This document shows, piece by piece, positions 20,416 to 30,250 of a stretch of 64,000 nt of DNA (within the stretch, counting starts at the first letter, position 1; each line of letters starts with the position of its first letter). Source of the DNA: Clostridiales bacterium (GTDB taxonomy: Bacteria; Bacillota; Clostridia; Christensenellales; Aristaeellaceae); NCBI GenBank assembly GCA_015056315.1, contig SVGN01000010.1, positions 1,051 through 65,050 on the forward strand. The letters run 5' to 3'. A model generated the notes under the pieces. That model saw nothing but the letters and a program-made list of their open reading frames with translations, made no database searches and was not told the origin of the DNA. A program made the position numbers and the translations under genes.

Positions 20416-21474
20416 ATGCTGAACAAGAACAAGCCCTTCAGCCTGCATCTGGATCCGGATATGTTTGCCCCGGCCACCGATGCGGAGAAGGAATACATTA
20501 CCACGATGCGCCCCTCTTCCACCTTCTTTAAGGATGGTGTGAAGCGGCTGCTCAAAAACAAGGTGGCTACCTTCAGCCTGATCCTGATCGTTGTGATCAC
20601 GCTGGCCTCCATCATCCTGCCCTACTTCTGGCCCTACAGCTACGACGAGATGCTGGGCGTGCGCCCCCGCCGCCCCGTGGATGCCTCCTACAACGACCTG
20701 GCTCCCTTCACCTACGGCAAGACCGAGCTGAAGAAGATCGAAGCCGGTGAGAAGGTATTCCCCCACATCTTCGGTACCGATGCCCACGGGCGCGATTACT
20801 TCATCCGCGTGGTGTACGGCACCCGTATCTCGCTGGCGGTCGGCTTCTTTGCCAGCATCATCGTGCTGATCATCGGCCTTACCATCGGCTCCATTGCCGG
20901 TTATGTGGGCGGCAAGGTAGACTTGGTCATCATGCGCATCGTCGATATCATCTACTCCCTGCCGGATATGCTGGTCATCATCCTGCTGTCGGTGGTGCTG
21001 GGCAGGGTGCTCAATGTAGAAGGCACCATCCTGGAGAAGATCGGATCCAACGTGATCAGTATGTTCATCGTGTTCGGTCTGCTCTACTGGGTGAGCATGG
21101 CCCGTATGATCCGCGGCCAGATCCTGTCCCTTCGCGAGCAGGAGTACGTGCTCTCCGCTCAGGCCACCGGCGCCAAGGGCAGCTGGATCATCCGCAAGCA
21201 TCTGCTGCCCAACTGCATCAGCGTGCTGATCATCTCCACCGCGCTGCAGATCCCCAATGCCATCTTTACCGAGAGCTTCCTCAGCTTCCTGGGTCTGGGC
21301 GTTAACGCTCCCATGCCCTCTCTGGGCTCTCTGGCCTCCGATGCCCTCAACGGCATCAATTCCTACACCTACCGTCTGGTGATCCCCGCTGTGGTGATCT
21401 GTCTGATCGTGCTCAGCCTGAACCTGTTCGGCGACGGTCTGCGCGATGCATTCGATCCCAAGCTCAACGCCTGA
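20416..21474 (+). CDS. Peptide/nickel ABC transporter permease (Opp/Dpp C-type)
   Basis: 352 aa. Typical OppC features ([38 protein letters not shown]). Confidence 0.9.
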   Translation: MLNKNKPFSLHLDPDMFAPATDAEKEYITTMRPSSTFFKDGVKRLLKNKVATFSLILIVVITLASIILPYFWPYSYDEMLGVRPRRPVDASYNDLAPFTYGKTELKKIEAGEKVFPHIFGTDAHGRDYFIRVVYGTRISLAVGFFASIIVLIIGLTIGSIAGYVGGKVDLVIMRIVDIIYSLPDMLVIILLSVVLGRVLNVEGTILEKIGSNVISMFIVFGLLYWVSMARMIRGQILSLREQEYVLSAQATGAKGSWIIRKHLLPNCISVLIISTALQIPNAIFTESFLSFLGLGVNAPMPSLGSLASDALNGINSYTYRLVIPAVVICLIVLSLNLFGDGLRDAFDPKLNA

Positions 21475-21493
21475 TGAAAGGAGCGAGACTGTA

Positions 21494-22514
<1,021 letters not shown>

Positions 22515-22522
<8 letters not shown>

Positions 22523-23501
22523 GATCAAGACCCCCAACCTGCTTGAGGTAAAGAACCTGAAGCAGTATTTCGACATCAACATGGGTTTCTTCCGCTCCAA
22601 GCCCCTCAAGGCGGTGGATGATGTATCCTTCGCCATCAAGAAGGGCGAAACGCTGGGTCTGGTAGGCGAATCCGGCTGCGGCAAGACCACCGTGGGCCGC
22701 ACCATCCTGCACCTGTACAAGCCCACCGCCGGTGAGGTCTGGTACAACGGCAAGAAGCTGGAGACCAAGGAGGATATCCACGAGTTCCGCAAGAAGGCCA
22801 CCATGGTGTTCCAGGATCCCTACTCCTCCCTCAACCCCCGCATGACAGTCTCCGACATCGTGGGCGAGCCGCTGGATGTGCACCAGCTCTACAGCAGCAA
22901 GCAGGAGCGCGAGGAGCGCATCCTGGAGCTGATGGGCTATGTGGGCCTCAACAGCGAGCATGCCTCCCGCTACGCCCACGAGTTCTCCGGCGGCCAGCGC
23001 CAGCGCATCGGCATCGCCCGCGCGCTGGCGGTGAACCCCGAGTTCATCGTCTGCGACGAGCCCGTATCCGCACTGGACGTATCCATCCAGGCCCAGGTCA
23101 TCAACATGTTCGACGACCTGCAGGACAAGCTGGGCCTCACCTACCTGTTCATCGCCCACGACCTGCTGGTGGTGCGCCACATCTCCGACCGTATTGCCGT
23201 TATGTACCTTGGCAAGATGGTGGAGCTGGCCGATGCGGACGAGATCTACAACCACCCCCTGCACCCCTACAGCCAGAGCCTGCTCAGCGCCGTGCCCCTG
23301 CCCGACCCCAAGGCTGCCCGCGCCAACAAGCGCATCGCCCTTACCGGCGACATTCCCAGCCCGCTGAACGCTCCCTCCGGCTGCCCCTTCCGCACCCGCT
23401 GCCGTTACGCCACGGAGCAGTGCGCCCAGTCCATGCCCGCCTTCGAAGAGGTGGAGCCCGGTCACTTTGTGGCCTGCCACCGCCTCAAGGAGATCGGCTG
23501 A
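22515..23501 (+). CDS. Peptide ABC transporter ATP-binding protein (OppF-type)
   Basis: Walker [10 protein letters not shown], signature FSGGQRQR, Walker [13 protein letters not shown]. Overlaps the preceding gene by 8 nt. Confidence 0.9.
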
Positions 23502-23565
23502 CCCAAACCCCGATTCAACGGTGCGGCTACGCACCTTGAAAAATAAAAACAGGAGGAAACTAACT

Positions 23566-25320
23566 ATGAAAAAGCTTTTGGCTCTCGTGCTGGCTCTGGT
23601 CATGGCCATGTCCTGCGTGGTCTTCGCCTCTGCCGAGGAAGGCAGCTCCATCGCTGTCTGCCTCTCTTCCGAGCCGGACACCCTGGATCCCGCCCTCAAC
23701 TCTGCTGTTGACGGCGCTACCATGCTGGCTCACCTGTTCTCCGGTCTCGCTACCTGGAGCACCGATGAGAACGGCAAGCTGGTCATCGTTGCCGAGTGCG
23801 CTCAGGAACTGACTGAGGGCGTTGCCAACGACGACGGCACCATCACCTACACCTACACCCTGAAGGATGGCCTGACCTGGTCCGACGGCAAGGCTCTGAC
23901 CGCCAACGACTTCGTCTTTGCCTGGAAGCGCGCCGCTTCTACCGCTCTGGGTGCCGACTACGGCTACATGTTCGAGGTCGTGAAGGGCTACCCCGATGAG
24001 CTGGCTGTGGAAGCCACCGACGACAAGACCATCGTTGTTACCCTGAACAACTCCGTGGCTTACTGGAACGAGCTGCTGGCCTTCCCCACCTACTTCCCCG
24101 TACGCGAGGACGTGGTCGCCAGCGAAGCCTGGGCCACCGAGGCTGCCACCTATGTGTGCAACGGCCCCTACACCATGGCTGATTGGGCTCACAACAGCGT
24201 GATCACCCTGCAGAAGAACCCCAACTACTTCGCCGCCGACACCGTCACCATGGATAAGATCGAGTGCTACCTGAGCGACGATGCCAACAACATGCTGGCC
24301 AACTTCGAGAACGGCGACTGGCTGCTCATCGACGATGTGCCCACCGCTGAGATCGCCAACCTGAAGGTCGAGTATCCCGAAGAGTTCGTGATCGCCGGCC
24401 AGATCGGTACCTACTATGTATGCTGGAACGTGAACGAAGAGATCCTGCCCGAAGGCTGCGAGCTGACCGGTGTGGAAGCCGAGGCTGCCCGTCAGGAGAT
24501 CCGTAACGCTCTGGGCCTGCTGCTGGACCGTAACTACATCTGCGAAGAGATCGGCCAGGCCGGTCAGGTTCCCGCCTCCAGCTTCGTCGCCATGGGTCTG
24601 ACCGATGCCGACGGCAGCGAGTTCTACAAGAACTGCGGCGTGTCCGAGGAATACCTGGGCTACTACAACACCTCCGTGGATGCCATCGACGCCAACTGGG
24701 AAGCTGCTCTGGCTGTGCTGGAGAAGTACTACACCGTTGACGAGAACGGCATGTTCACCAACTTCCCCTCCATGGAGTACCTGTACAACACCTCCGAAGG
24801 CCACAAGGCCATCGGTGAATACCTGCAGAGCGCTTTCGCCGCTGTGGGCATCAACATGACCCTGGTCAACCAGGAGTGGAACACCTTCCTGAACACCCGT
24901 AAGAACGGCGAATACTCCATCGCCCGCAACGGCTGGCTGGCTGACTACAACGATCCCATCTGCTTCCTGGATATGTGGACCTCCATCTCCGGCAACAACG
25001 ACGTGCAGTACGGCAAGGGCGCTCACACCGAGCTGGCCATGTACAACCTGGATCTGACCGCTTTCGGTTACGACATCAAGGTTGAGAACGGCACCTGGGC
25101 CCAGACCTACGATGTGCTCATCAACACCATCAAGAGCTGCACCGACAACACCAACCGCTACGCCATGATGCACATCGCCGAGGATATGCTGATGGCTACC
25201 GGCTGCATCGTGCCCCTGTACTTCTACACCGACATCTACATGCTGGATGATTCCGTGCAGGGCTTCTACTCCAACCCCCTGGGCTACAAGTACTTCATGA
25301 ACTGCACCGTTTCCGAGTAA
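23566..25320 (+). CDS. Peptide ABC transporter substrate-binding protein (family 5, OppA/DppA-like), probable lipoprotein
   Basis: MKKLLALVLALVMAMSCVVF signal/lipobox-like N-terminus and an SBP_bac_5-like body. ATG follows AGGAGGA. Confidence 0.85.
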   Translation: MKKLLALVLALVMAMSCVVFASAEEGSSIAVCLSSEPDTLDPALNSAVDGATMLAHLFSGLATWSTDENGKLVIVAECAQELTEGVANDDGTITYTYTLKDGLTWSDGKALTANDFVFAWKRAASTALGADYGYMFEVVKGYPDELAVEATDDKTIVVTLNNSVAYWNELLAFPTYFPVREDVVASEAWATEAATYVCNGPYTMADWAHNSVITLQKNPNYFAADTVTMDKIECYLSDDANNMLANFENGDWLLIDDVPTAEIANLKVEYPEEFVIAGQIGTYYVCWNVNEEILPEGCELTGVEAEAARQEIRNALGLLLDRNYICEEIGQAGQVPASSFVAMGLTDADGSEFYKNCGVSEEYLGYYNTSVDAIDANWEAALAVLEKYYTVDENGMFTNFPSMEYLYNTSEGHKAIGEYLQSAFAAVGINMTLVNQEWNTFLNTRKNGEYSIARNGWLADYNDPICFLDMWTSISGNNDVQYGKGAHTELAMYNLDLTAFGYDIKVENGTWAQTYDVLINTIKSCTDNTNRYAMMHIAEDMLMATGCIVPLYFYTDIYMLDDSVQGFYSNPLGYKYFMNCTVSE

Positions 25321-25357
25321 GGAGCGGGCAGCACATAAGGCTGCTTTGTAAAACCCG

Positions 25358-25396
25358 CGGAGGATACCCGGTCAAACGGGTATCCTCCGTTTTTTC
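25358..25396 (+). terminator. Intrinsic terminator of the peptide ABC operon
   Basis: cggaggatacccg...cgggtatcctccg followed by TTTTTT. Confidence 0.8.
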
Positions 25397-25425
25397 TTGA
25401 CAGTACCCCACCTCTGTGGTATGAT
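25397..25425 (+). promoter_or_regulatory. Promoter (TTGACA-17 nt-TATGAT, with TG extension)
   Basis: ttgacagtaccccacctctgtggtatgat lies immediately after the opp terminator. Confidence 0.65.
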
Positions 25426-25458
25426 CTCTCCATTCTGATCCGGAAGGAGGTACCCACC

Positions 25459-25548
25459 ATGAAGGCTTACACTCTGTATACCAATGCTGCGTTCCGCTGG
25501 TATTGGCGCTGTGGCAGGCTTTCATTGCGGTACCCATATCCGGGGTGA
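25459..25548 (+). CDS. Candidate 29-aa leader peptide MKAYTLYTNAAFRWYWRCGRLSLRYPYPG
   Basis: Strong RBS GGAAGGAGG 7 nt upstream of ATG. Short ORF rich in aromatic residues and Arg. A terminator follows before the methyltransferase gene. Confidence 0.4.
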   Translation: MKAYTLYTNAAFRWYWRCGRLSLRYPYPG

Positions 25549-25575
25549 CAGATCCCCCGATGCAGACGGGGAAAA

Positions 25576-25626
25576 GCAGTGCAGGCTTGCCTTCTTTGGC
25601 ATACGCCCGCACTGCTTTTTTATTTT
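25576..25626 (+). terminator. Leader terminator (attenuator) upstream of the SAM methyltransferase gene
   Basis: gcagtgcaggc...gcccgcactgc stem (10 of 11 pairs) followed by TTTTTTATTTT, 22 nt before the next ATG. Confidence 0.65.
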
Positions 25627-25648
25627 ACCAAAAGGAGGAAGAACCACC

Positions 25649-26437
25649 ATGAACGCTACCGAACACCTGAGGCTTTTCTACGAAAACTACGATGAGGATG
25701 CCCGCCTGCTGGGCCGTGCCGGGCAGGTGGAGTACCTGACCACCATGCGCTATATCGAAAAATACCTTCGGCCCGGCATGCGGATCCTGGAGATCGGTGC
25801 AGGCACGGGGCGCTACAGCCATGCGCTGGCAAGAATGGGCTACAGGGTGGATGCCATCGAGCTGCTGGAGTGCAACATCGCAGTCTTTCAGAAGAATACC
25901 CTGCCCGGGGAGAAGATCACCATCCGGCAGGGCAACGCGGTGGATCTCGCGCCCATCGCTTCGGAAAGCTACGATATGACCCTGCTGCTGGGCCCCATGT
26001 ACCACCTGTTCACCCCCGACGAGCAGCGCGCCGCCCTCACCGAAGCCCTTCGGGTCACCCGGCACGGCGGGCTGCTGATGACCGCCTACTGCAACAACGA
26101 GGCCACCATGCTCCGCTTCTGCTTCATGCAGGGCGGCATCACGGATCCGCATTTCGACCCGCTGATCGACAAGGAGACCTACAAATGCACCTCCAACCCG
26201 GAGGATCGGTTCGTGCTGCACCGGCCCCAGGAGATCGATGCGCTGATGGAGGGCCTGCCCGCAGAGCATCTCCACCTGATCGGCACAGATATGATGACCC
26301 ATTACATGAAGGATGCCATCGAAGCCATGACCGATGAGGTGTACGAGCATTACCTCAGGTACCATTTCCTTATCTGTGAGCGGCCGGATATGACCGGCAT
26401 CACCAACCACTATCTGGATATTTGCAGGAAATCTTAA
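25649..26437 (+). CDS. Class I SAM-dependent methyltransferase
   Basis: ILEIGAGTGRYS motif I, a DAIE acidic loop and LLLGPMYHL. ATG follows AAAGGAGGA. Substrate unknown. Confidence 0.8.
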   Translation: MNATEHLRLFYENYDEDARLLGRAGQVEYLTTMRYIEKYLRPGMRILEIGAGTGRYSHALARMGYRVDAIELLECNIAVFQKNTLPGEKITIRQGNAVDLAPIASESYDMTLLLGPMYHLFTPDEQRAALTEALRVTRHGGLLMTAYCNNEATMLRFCFMQGGITDPHFDPLIDKETYKCTSNPEDRFVLHRPQEIDALMEGLPAEHLHLIGTDMMTHYMKDAIEAMTDEVYEHYLRYHFLICERPDMTGITNHYLDICRKS

Positions 26438-26514
26438 TCTTCTTATCCTTGTTTCCTCATCTGTATAGTGGTACCATCATACCGTACCCTTTTCAAACAA
26501 GAGCGGAGGCAGCT

Positions 26515-27159
26515 ATGGAACATTGCCATTGTGAAGAGACCTACGAAGCCCACCAGCTGGTGGAGTGCATCGCCAATGCACTGGATGCCCGAGACCCCTA
26601 TACCGGCAACCATTCCCGCCGTGTGAGCGATATGGCCTGCCTTATGTGCCGCTATCTGGGCCTGAGCGCAGAGGAGACCCAGACCATCCACATTGCCGCC
26701 CACCTGCACGACATCGGTAAGATCGGCATTCCGGATGCGGTGCTGCGCAAGCCGGGCCGCCTGGATGACCGGGAGTGGGCCATCATGAAGGATCACCCCA
26801 AGATCGGCGCAGAGATCCTCTGCCAGGCGGACGGGTTTCAGGAGATCGCACAGATCATCCTCCACCACCACGAGCGGTACGACGGCAAGGGCTACCCCAA
26901 CAATGCCGAGCTGGAGTACATCCCGCTGGGAGCGAGGATCATCGCCGTTTGCGACTCCATTGATGCCATGGCCTCTGCCCGCGCCTACCGCAAGGCCCTG
27001 CCCATGGATACCTGCCGCACCGAGATCGAAAAAAACATCGGCACCATGTACGAGCCCCGCATCGCCATGACCGCTCTGGCCCATTGGGAGGAGCTTACCC
27101 GGTTCTATACAGAAGAAAACGAAAAAGCTTACAGAACGATGATCGATCTAACGCCGTAA
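26515..27159 (+). CDS. HD-GYP/HD domain phosphohydrolase, single-domain
   Basis: HSRRVS...AAHLHDIGKIGIPD...HHHERYDGKGYP motifs (HD...HHExxDGxGYP). Confidence 0.85.
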   Translation: MEHCHCEETYEAHQLVECIANALDARDPYTGNHSRRVSDMACLMCRYLGLSAEETQTIHIAAHLHDIGKIGIPDAVLRKPGRLDDREWAIMKDHPKIGAEILCQADGFQEIAQIILHHHERYDGKGYPNNAELEYIPLGARIIAVCDSIDAMASARAYRKALPMDTCRTEIEKNIGTMYEPRIAMTALAHWEELTRFYTEENEKAYRTMIDLTP

Positions 27160-27166
27160 ACCCATC

Positions 27167-27207
27167 GGAAGCGCCGGTTTTCAATGAAAATACCGGCGCT
27201 TCTGTTT
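27167..27207 (+). terminator. Intrinsic terminator after the HD-GYP gene
   Basis: ggaagcgccggt...accggcgcttc followed by TGTTTT. Confidence 0.7.
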
Positions 27208-27638
27208 TGTAAGCTCCCACAATTCAACAGATGACAAAGCCGCTTTTTTCTGCTATAATGAGAAAAAACAGACGGATAGCACGCATATTCGACCACAGAC
27301 AGGGCAAATACGCTCTTTCTGGCATGCTGCCGGCCCGGTCGACCGCTGTTTTTCCCTTGTATATTTCAGAAAGCGCTTACAGACTGAATTCTCCATAACC
27401 ACTGTTCTGGAAGCCTTGATTTATAAGGGTTTCAGAAAACTACCCGAACACTTCCGTCCCTCCAAAAGTCGAAATTGTACATAAAGCAACTGATTTTGTT
27501 TATGTACGAGACGGGGAAACATATGTACAATACTATTGTAAACCTTCCCAAAAAGTACTTACACCGATCGGGAAGCAAAGGGCGGCTGCTCCGAATGGGC
27601 GCAAAACGCCGCCAACGAACCGGGCTGGAGGCCGAAAA

Positions 27639-28229
27639 ATGAAGCAACAGATCACCTTTCGGCAATACCGGGCGATGGATGTTTTCTTCTTCACCGCTCT
27701 TGGCTGCCTTTGCGAAACGCTGATCACTCTGGGTGCCACCCGGTGGTTCCCGGGAGAGCCGTATACGTTATCGCTTACACCGGCGGTTACCGCCATCGTG
27801 ATGGTACGCTGGGGCGCATGGGCCGCGATCCCCGCAGTGCTGGGCGCATTTGTTTTCTGCGCTGCATCTGCCGCAGCGCCCGCACAGTTTCTGGTGTACT
27901 GTCTGGGCAACCTTCTGGCCATGCTGCTGCTCCTGCTCCGGCAGAGATGGCACTGGCGCAGGCTCCATGAAAGCGTTTTACTGGCCATGGGCTATGCAGC
28001 CCTGTGCGCCGTGCTGATGCAGCTGGGCCGCATACTGGTGGCACTGGTGCTGGGCTACGCCCCCGCCACCTGCGTCGGCTTTATCACCACCGATGTTCTT
28101 TCCGTCATCTTCGCTGTTCTTCTTGTCTGGATCAGCGGTCGGCTGGACGGTATTCTGGAAGATCAAAAGGACTACCTGAAACGGATCCAGGAGGAACAAG
28201 AAAAAGAGGCTAGGAGGATGTATCCATGA
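27639..28229 (+). CDS. Uncharacterised polytopic membrane protein (about 6 TM), first gene of the sugar ABC operon
   Basis: 196 aa, hydrophobic throughout, with a charged C-terminal tail. ATGA overlap with the following permease gene. RBS GGAGG. Confidence 0.6.
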   Translation: MKQQITFRQYRAMDVFFFTALGCLCETLITLGATRWFPGEPYTLSLTPAVTAIVMVRWGAWAAIPAVLGAFVFCAASAAAPAQFLVYCLGNLLAMLLLLLRQRWHWRRLHESVLLAMGYAALCAVLMQLGRILVALVLGYAPATCVGFITTDVLSVIFAVLLVWISGRLDGILEDQKDYLKRIQEEQEKEARRMYP

Positions 28230-29284
28230 GTGCGAAAGCAGCGGACTTTCTCGTCTGGGACGAGCAAGCCAAAGTATATCGCGAAAATCCTGAACAGGCC
28301 GTAAGAGACGATGTGGAGAAGCACAACTGGCGGCACATCGGCCTTACCATTCTCAAGGACTGGCGGCTCTACCTGATGCTGGTGCCCATGCTGCTGGTAT
28401 TCCTGCTCTGGCGCTACCTGCCCATGTACGAGCTGCTGGGCTGCTTCAAGGTGCCGGACGAGGTAAAGCCCGTGGCAGAGCAGCTCTTCAGCGGCTTCAG
28501 CTATTTTAAGCGGCTGCTGGTGGGCGGCGTGGGCGACAGTATGTCTACCGAATTCTGGCGCGCTCTGCGCAACACCTTCCTGCTCAGCTTCTACGGTCTG
28601 TGCTTCGGCTTCCCCATGCCGATCCTGCTGGCGCTGTTCTTTAACGAGATCCGCTCCAACATCGTGCGCAGCACCTGCCAGGTACTCACCTACCTGCCCA
28701 AGTTCATGTCCACCGTTGTTATGACCTCCCTGGTCACCATGCTGGTAAAGCAGGGCTCCCTCACCTCCAGCATGGGCATCATCAGCCAGGCGCTCAGCTC
28801 CCTGGGGCTGATCTCCGAGGAGGTGGCCACGAAGGGCCTGCTCAACAACCCGGCATTCTTCCGCGCCATCTACCAGATCTCCGGCGTGTGGGAGGGCGCA
28901 GGCTACGACAGCATCGTGTACTTCGCAGCCATCATCGCCATCTCCCCCACCAGCTACGAGGCCGCCCAGATCGACGGTGCAGGCAAGATGAGCCAGATGC
29001 GCTACGTGGTGCTGCCCAGTATCCTTTCCACGATCGTTATCATGCTCATCACCCGTATCGGCTCGCTGCTGAACGTTGGCTACGAAAAGGTGCTGCTGCT
29101 CTACAACACCAACACCTACATGACCGCCGATGTGGTCTCCACCTTCGCCCAGCGCTACGGTCTGGAGGGCGCCCAGAAGGGCCTGGCCGCCGCCGCCGAA
29201 ATGATGAACAACGTTATCGGCATGCTGCTGGTCATCAGTGCAAACACCATTGCCCGCAAGGCATCCGATACTTCGCTGTACTAA
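28226..29284 (+). CDS. Carbohydrate ABC transporter permease (LplB/YtcP-type, long N-terminal extension)
   Basis: FWRALRNTFLLSFYGLCFGFPMPILLALFFNE...YEAAQIDGAGKMSQMRYVVLP (EAA loop). Confidence 0.85.
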   Translation: MSAKAADFLVWDEQAKVYRENPEQAVRDDVEKHNWRHIGLTILKDWRLYLMLVPMLLVFLLWRYLPMYELLGCFKVPDEVKPVAEQLFSGFSYFKRLLVGGVGDSMSTEFWRALRNTFLLSFYGLCFGFPMPILLALFFNEIRSNIVRSTCQVLTYLPKFMSTVVMTSLVTMLVKQGSLTSSMGIISQALSSLGLISEEVATKGLLNNPAFFRAIYQISGVWEGAGYDSIVYFAAIIAISPTSYEAAQIDGAGKMSQMRYVVLPSILSTIVIMLITRIGSLLNVGYEKVLLLYNTNTYMTADVVSTFAQRYGLEGAQKGLAAAAEMMNNVIGMLLVISANTIARKASDTSLY

Positions 29285-29296
29285 GGGGTGAGACGT

Positions 29297-30187
29297 ATGA
29301 AAAGAAAGCTTGAAACCTCCGAGCTGATCTTCAAGGTCATCAGCTACACGCTTTTGTGCGTATTCTCCCTCGCCTGCCTCTACCCCTTCGTGTATGCCAT
29401 TTCCGCCTCCATCAGCGGCGCGGACGCGGTAGACTACGGCAAGGTGGTGCTCTTCCCCAAGGATATCCAGTTCCAGGCCTTTGCCCAGATGTTTAACGAC
29501 AACATGTTCTGGAACTCCTACTCCAACACGCTGTTCCTTACCTTCTACGGCACCATCTGGGCCCTGTTCGTTGCCATTCTGGGCGCATACGCCCTCTCCA
29601 AGCGCAGGCTGCTCTTCCGCCGTTTCTTCAACTTCTTCCTGGTGTTTACGATGCTGTTCTCTGCCGGTATCGTGCCCCAGTACCTGAACTACCTGGATAC
29701 CAAGGCGGTCTTCAACGCCGCCGGCATCACCGACGATAAGTGGCTGGTGGTCATCGCCATGGGTATGGCGGCCATGAACATCATCCTGCTGCGCAACGCC
29801 TTCGAGGGCGTGCCCAGCGAGATCGAAGAAGCAGCTGTGGTAGACGGTGCCACCGAGTTCCAGGTGCTCAGCAAGGTGTACATCCCCATGAGCAAGTCCA
29901 CCATCGCTACGGTGGCGCTGTTCTTCGCCATCTCCCGCTGGAACGGCTACTTCTGGGCCAGACAGATGATCTCCAACTCCAACGAACACCCCCTGCAGGT
30001 GTTCATCCGCCTCAAGCTGGAGTACTACACCGACCCGGAGGCCATGGCGGGCTGGAACGCGGTCTACTCTTCCGATTCCGTGATCTACGCCCTCATCGTG
30101 TGCTCCATCGTACCCATTCTCATCATTTACCCCTTCATTCAGAAGTACTTTGCCAAGGGCGTTAACGCCGGCGGCGTGAAGGAGTAA
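29297..30187 (+). CDS. Carbohydrate ABC transporter permease (LplC-type)
   Basis: NSYSNTLFLTFYGTIWALFVAILGAYALSK...EEAAVVDGATEFQVLSKVYIPMSK (EAA loop). Confidence 0.85.
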   Translation: MKRKLETSELIFKVISYTLLCVFSLACLYPFVYAISASISGADAVDYGKVVLFPKDIQFQAFAQMFNDNMFWNSYSNTLFLTFYGTIWALFVAILGAYALSKRRLLFRRFFNFFLVFTMLFSAGIVPQYLNYLDTKAVFNAAGITDDKWLVVIAMGMAAMNIILLRNAFEGVPSEIEEAAVVDGATEFQVLSKVYIPMSKSTIATVALFFAISRWNGYFWARQMISNSNEHPLQVFIRLKLEYYTDPEAMAGWNAVYSSDSVIYALIVCSIVPILIIYPFIQKYFAKGVNAGGVKE

Positions 30188-30250
30188 ACCAAACCAGTAG
30201 TTTTCCGGGATGGATACCCGGCAAACATAAAAAACAGGAGGGAACTTACT

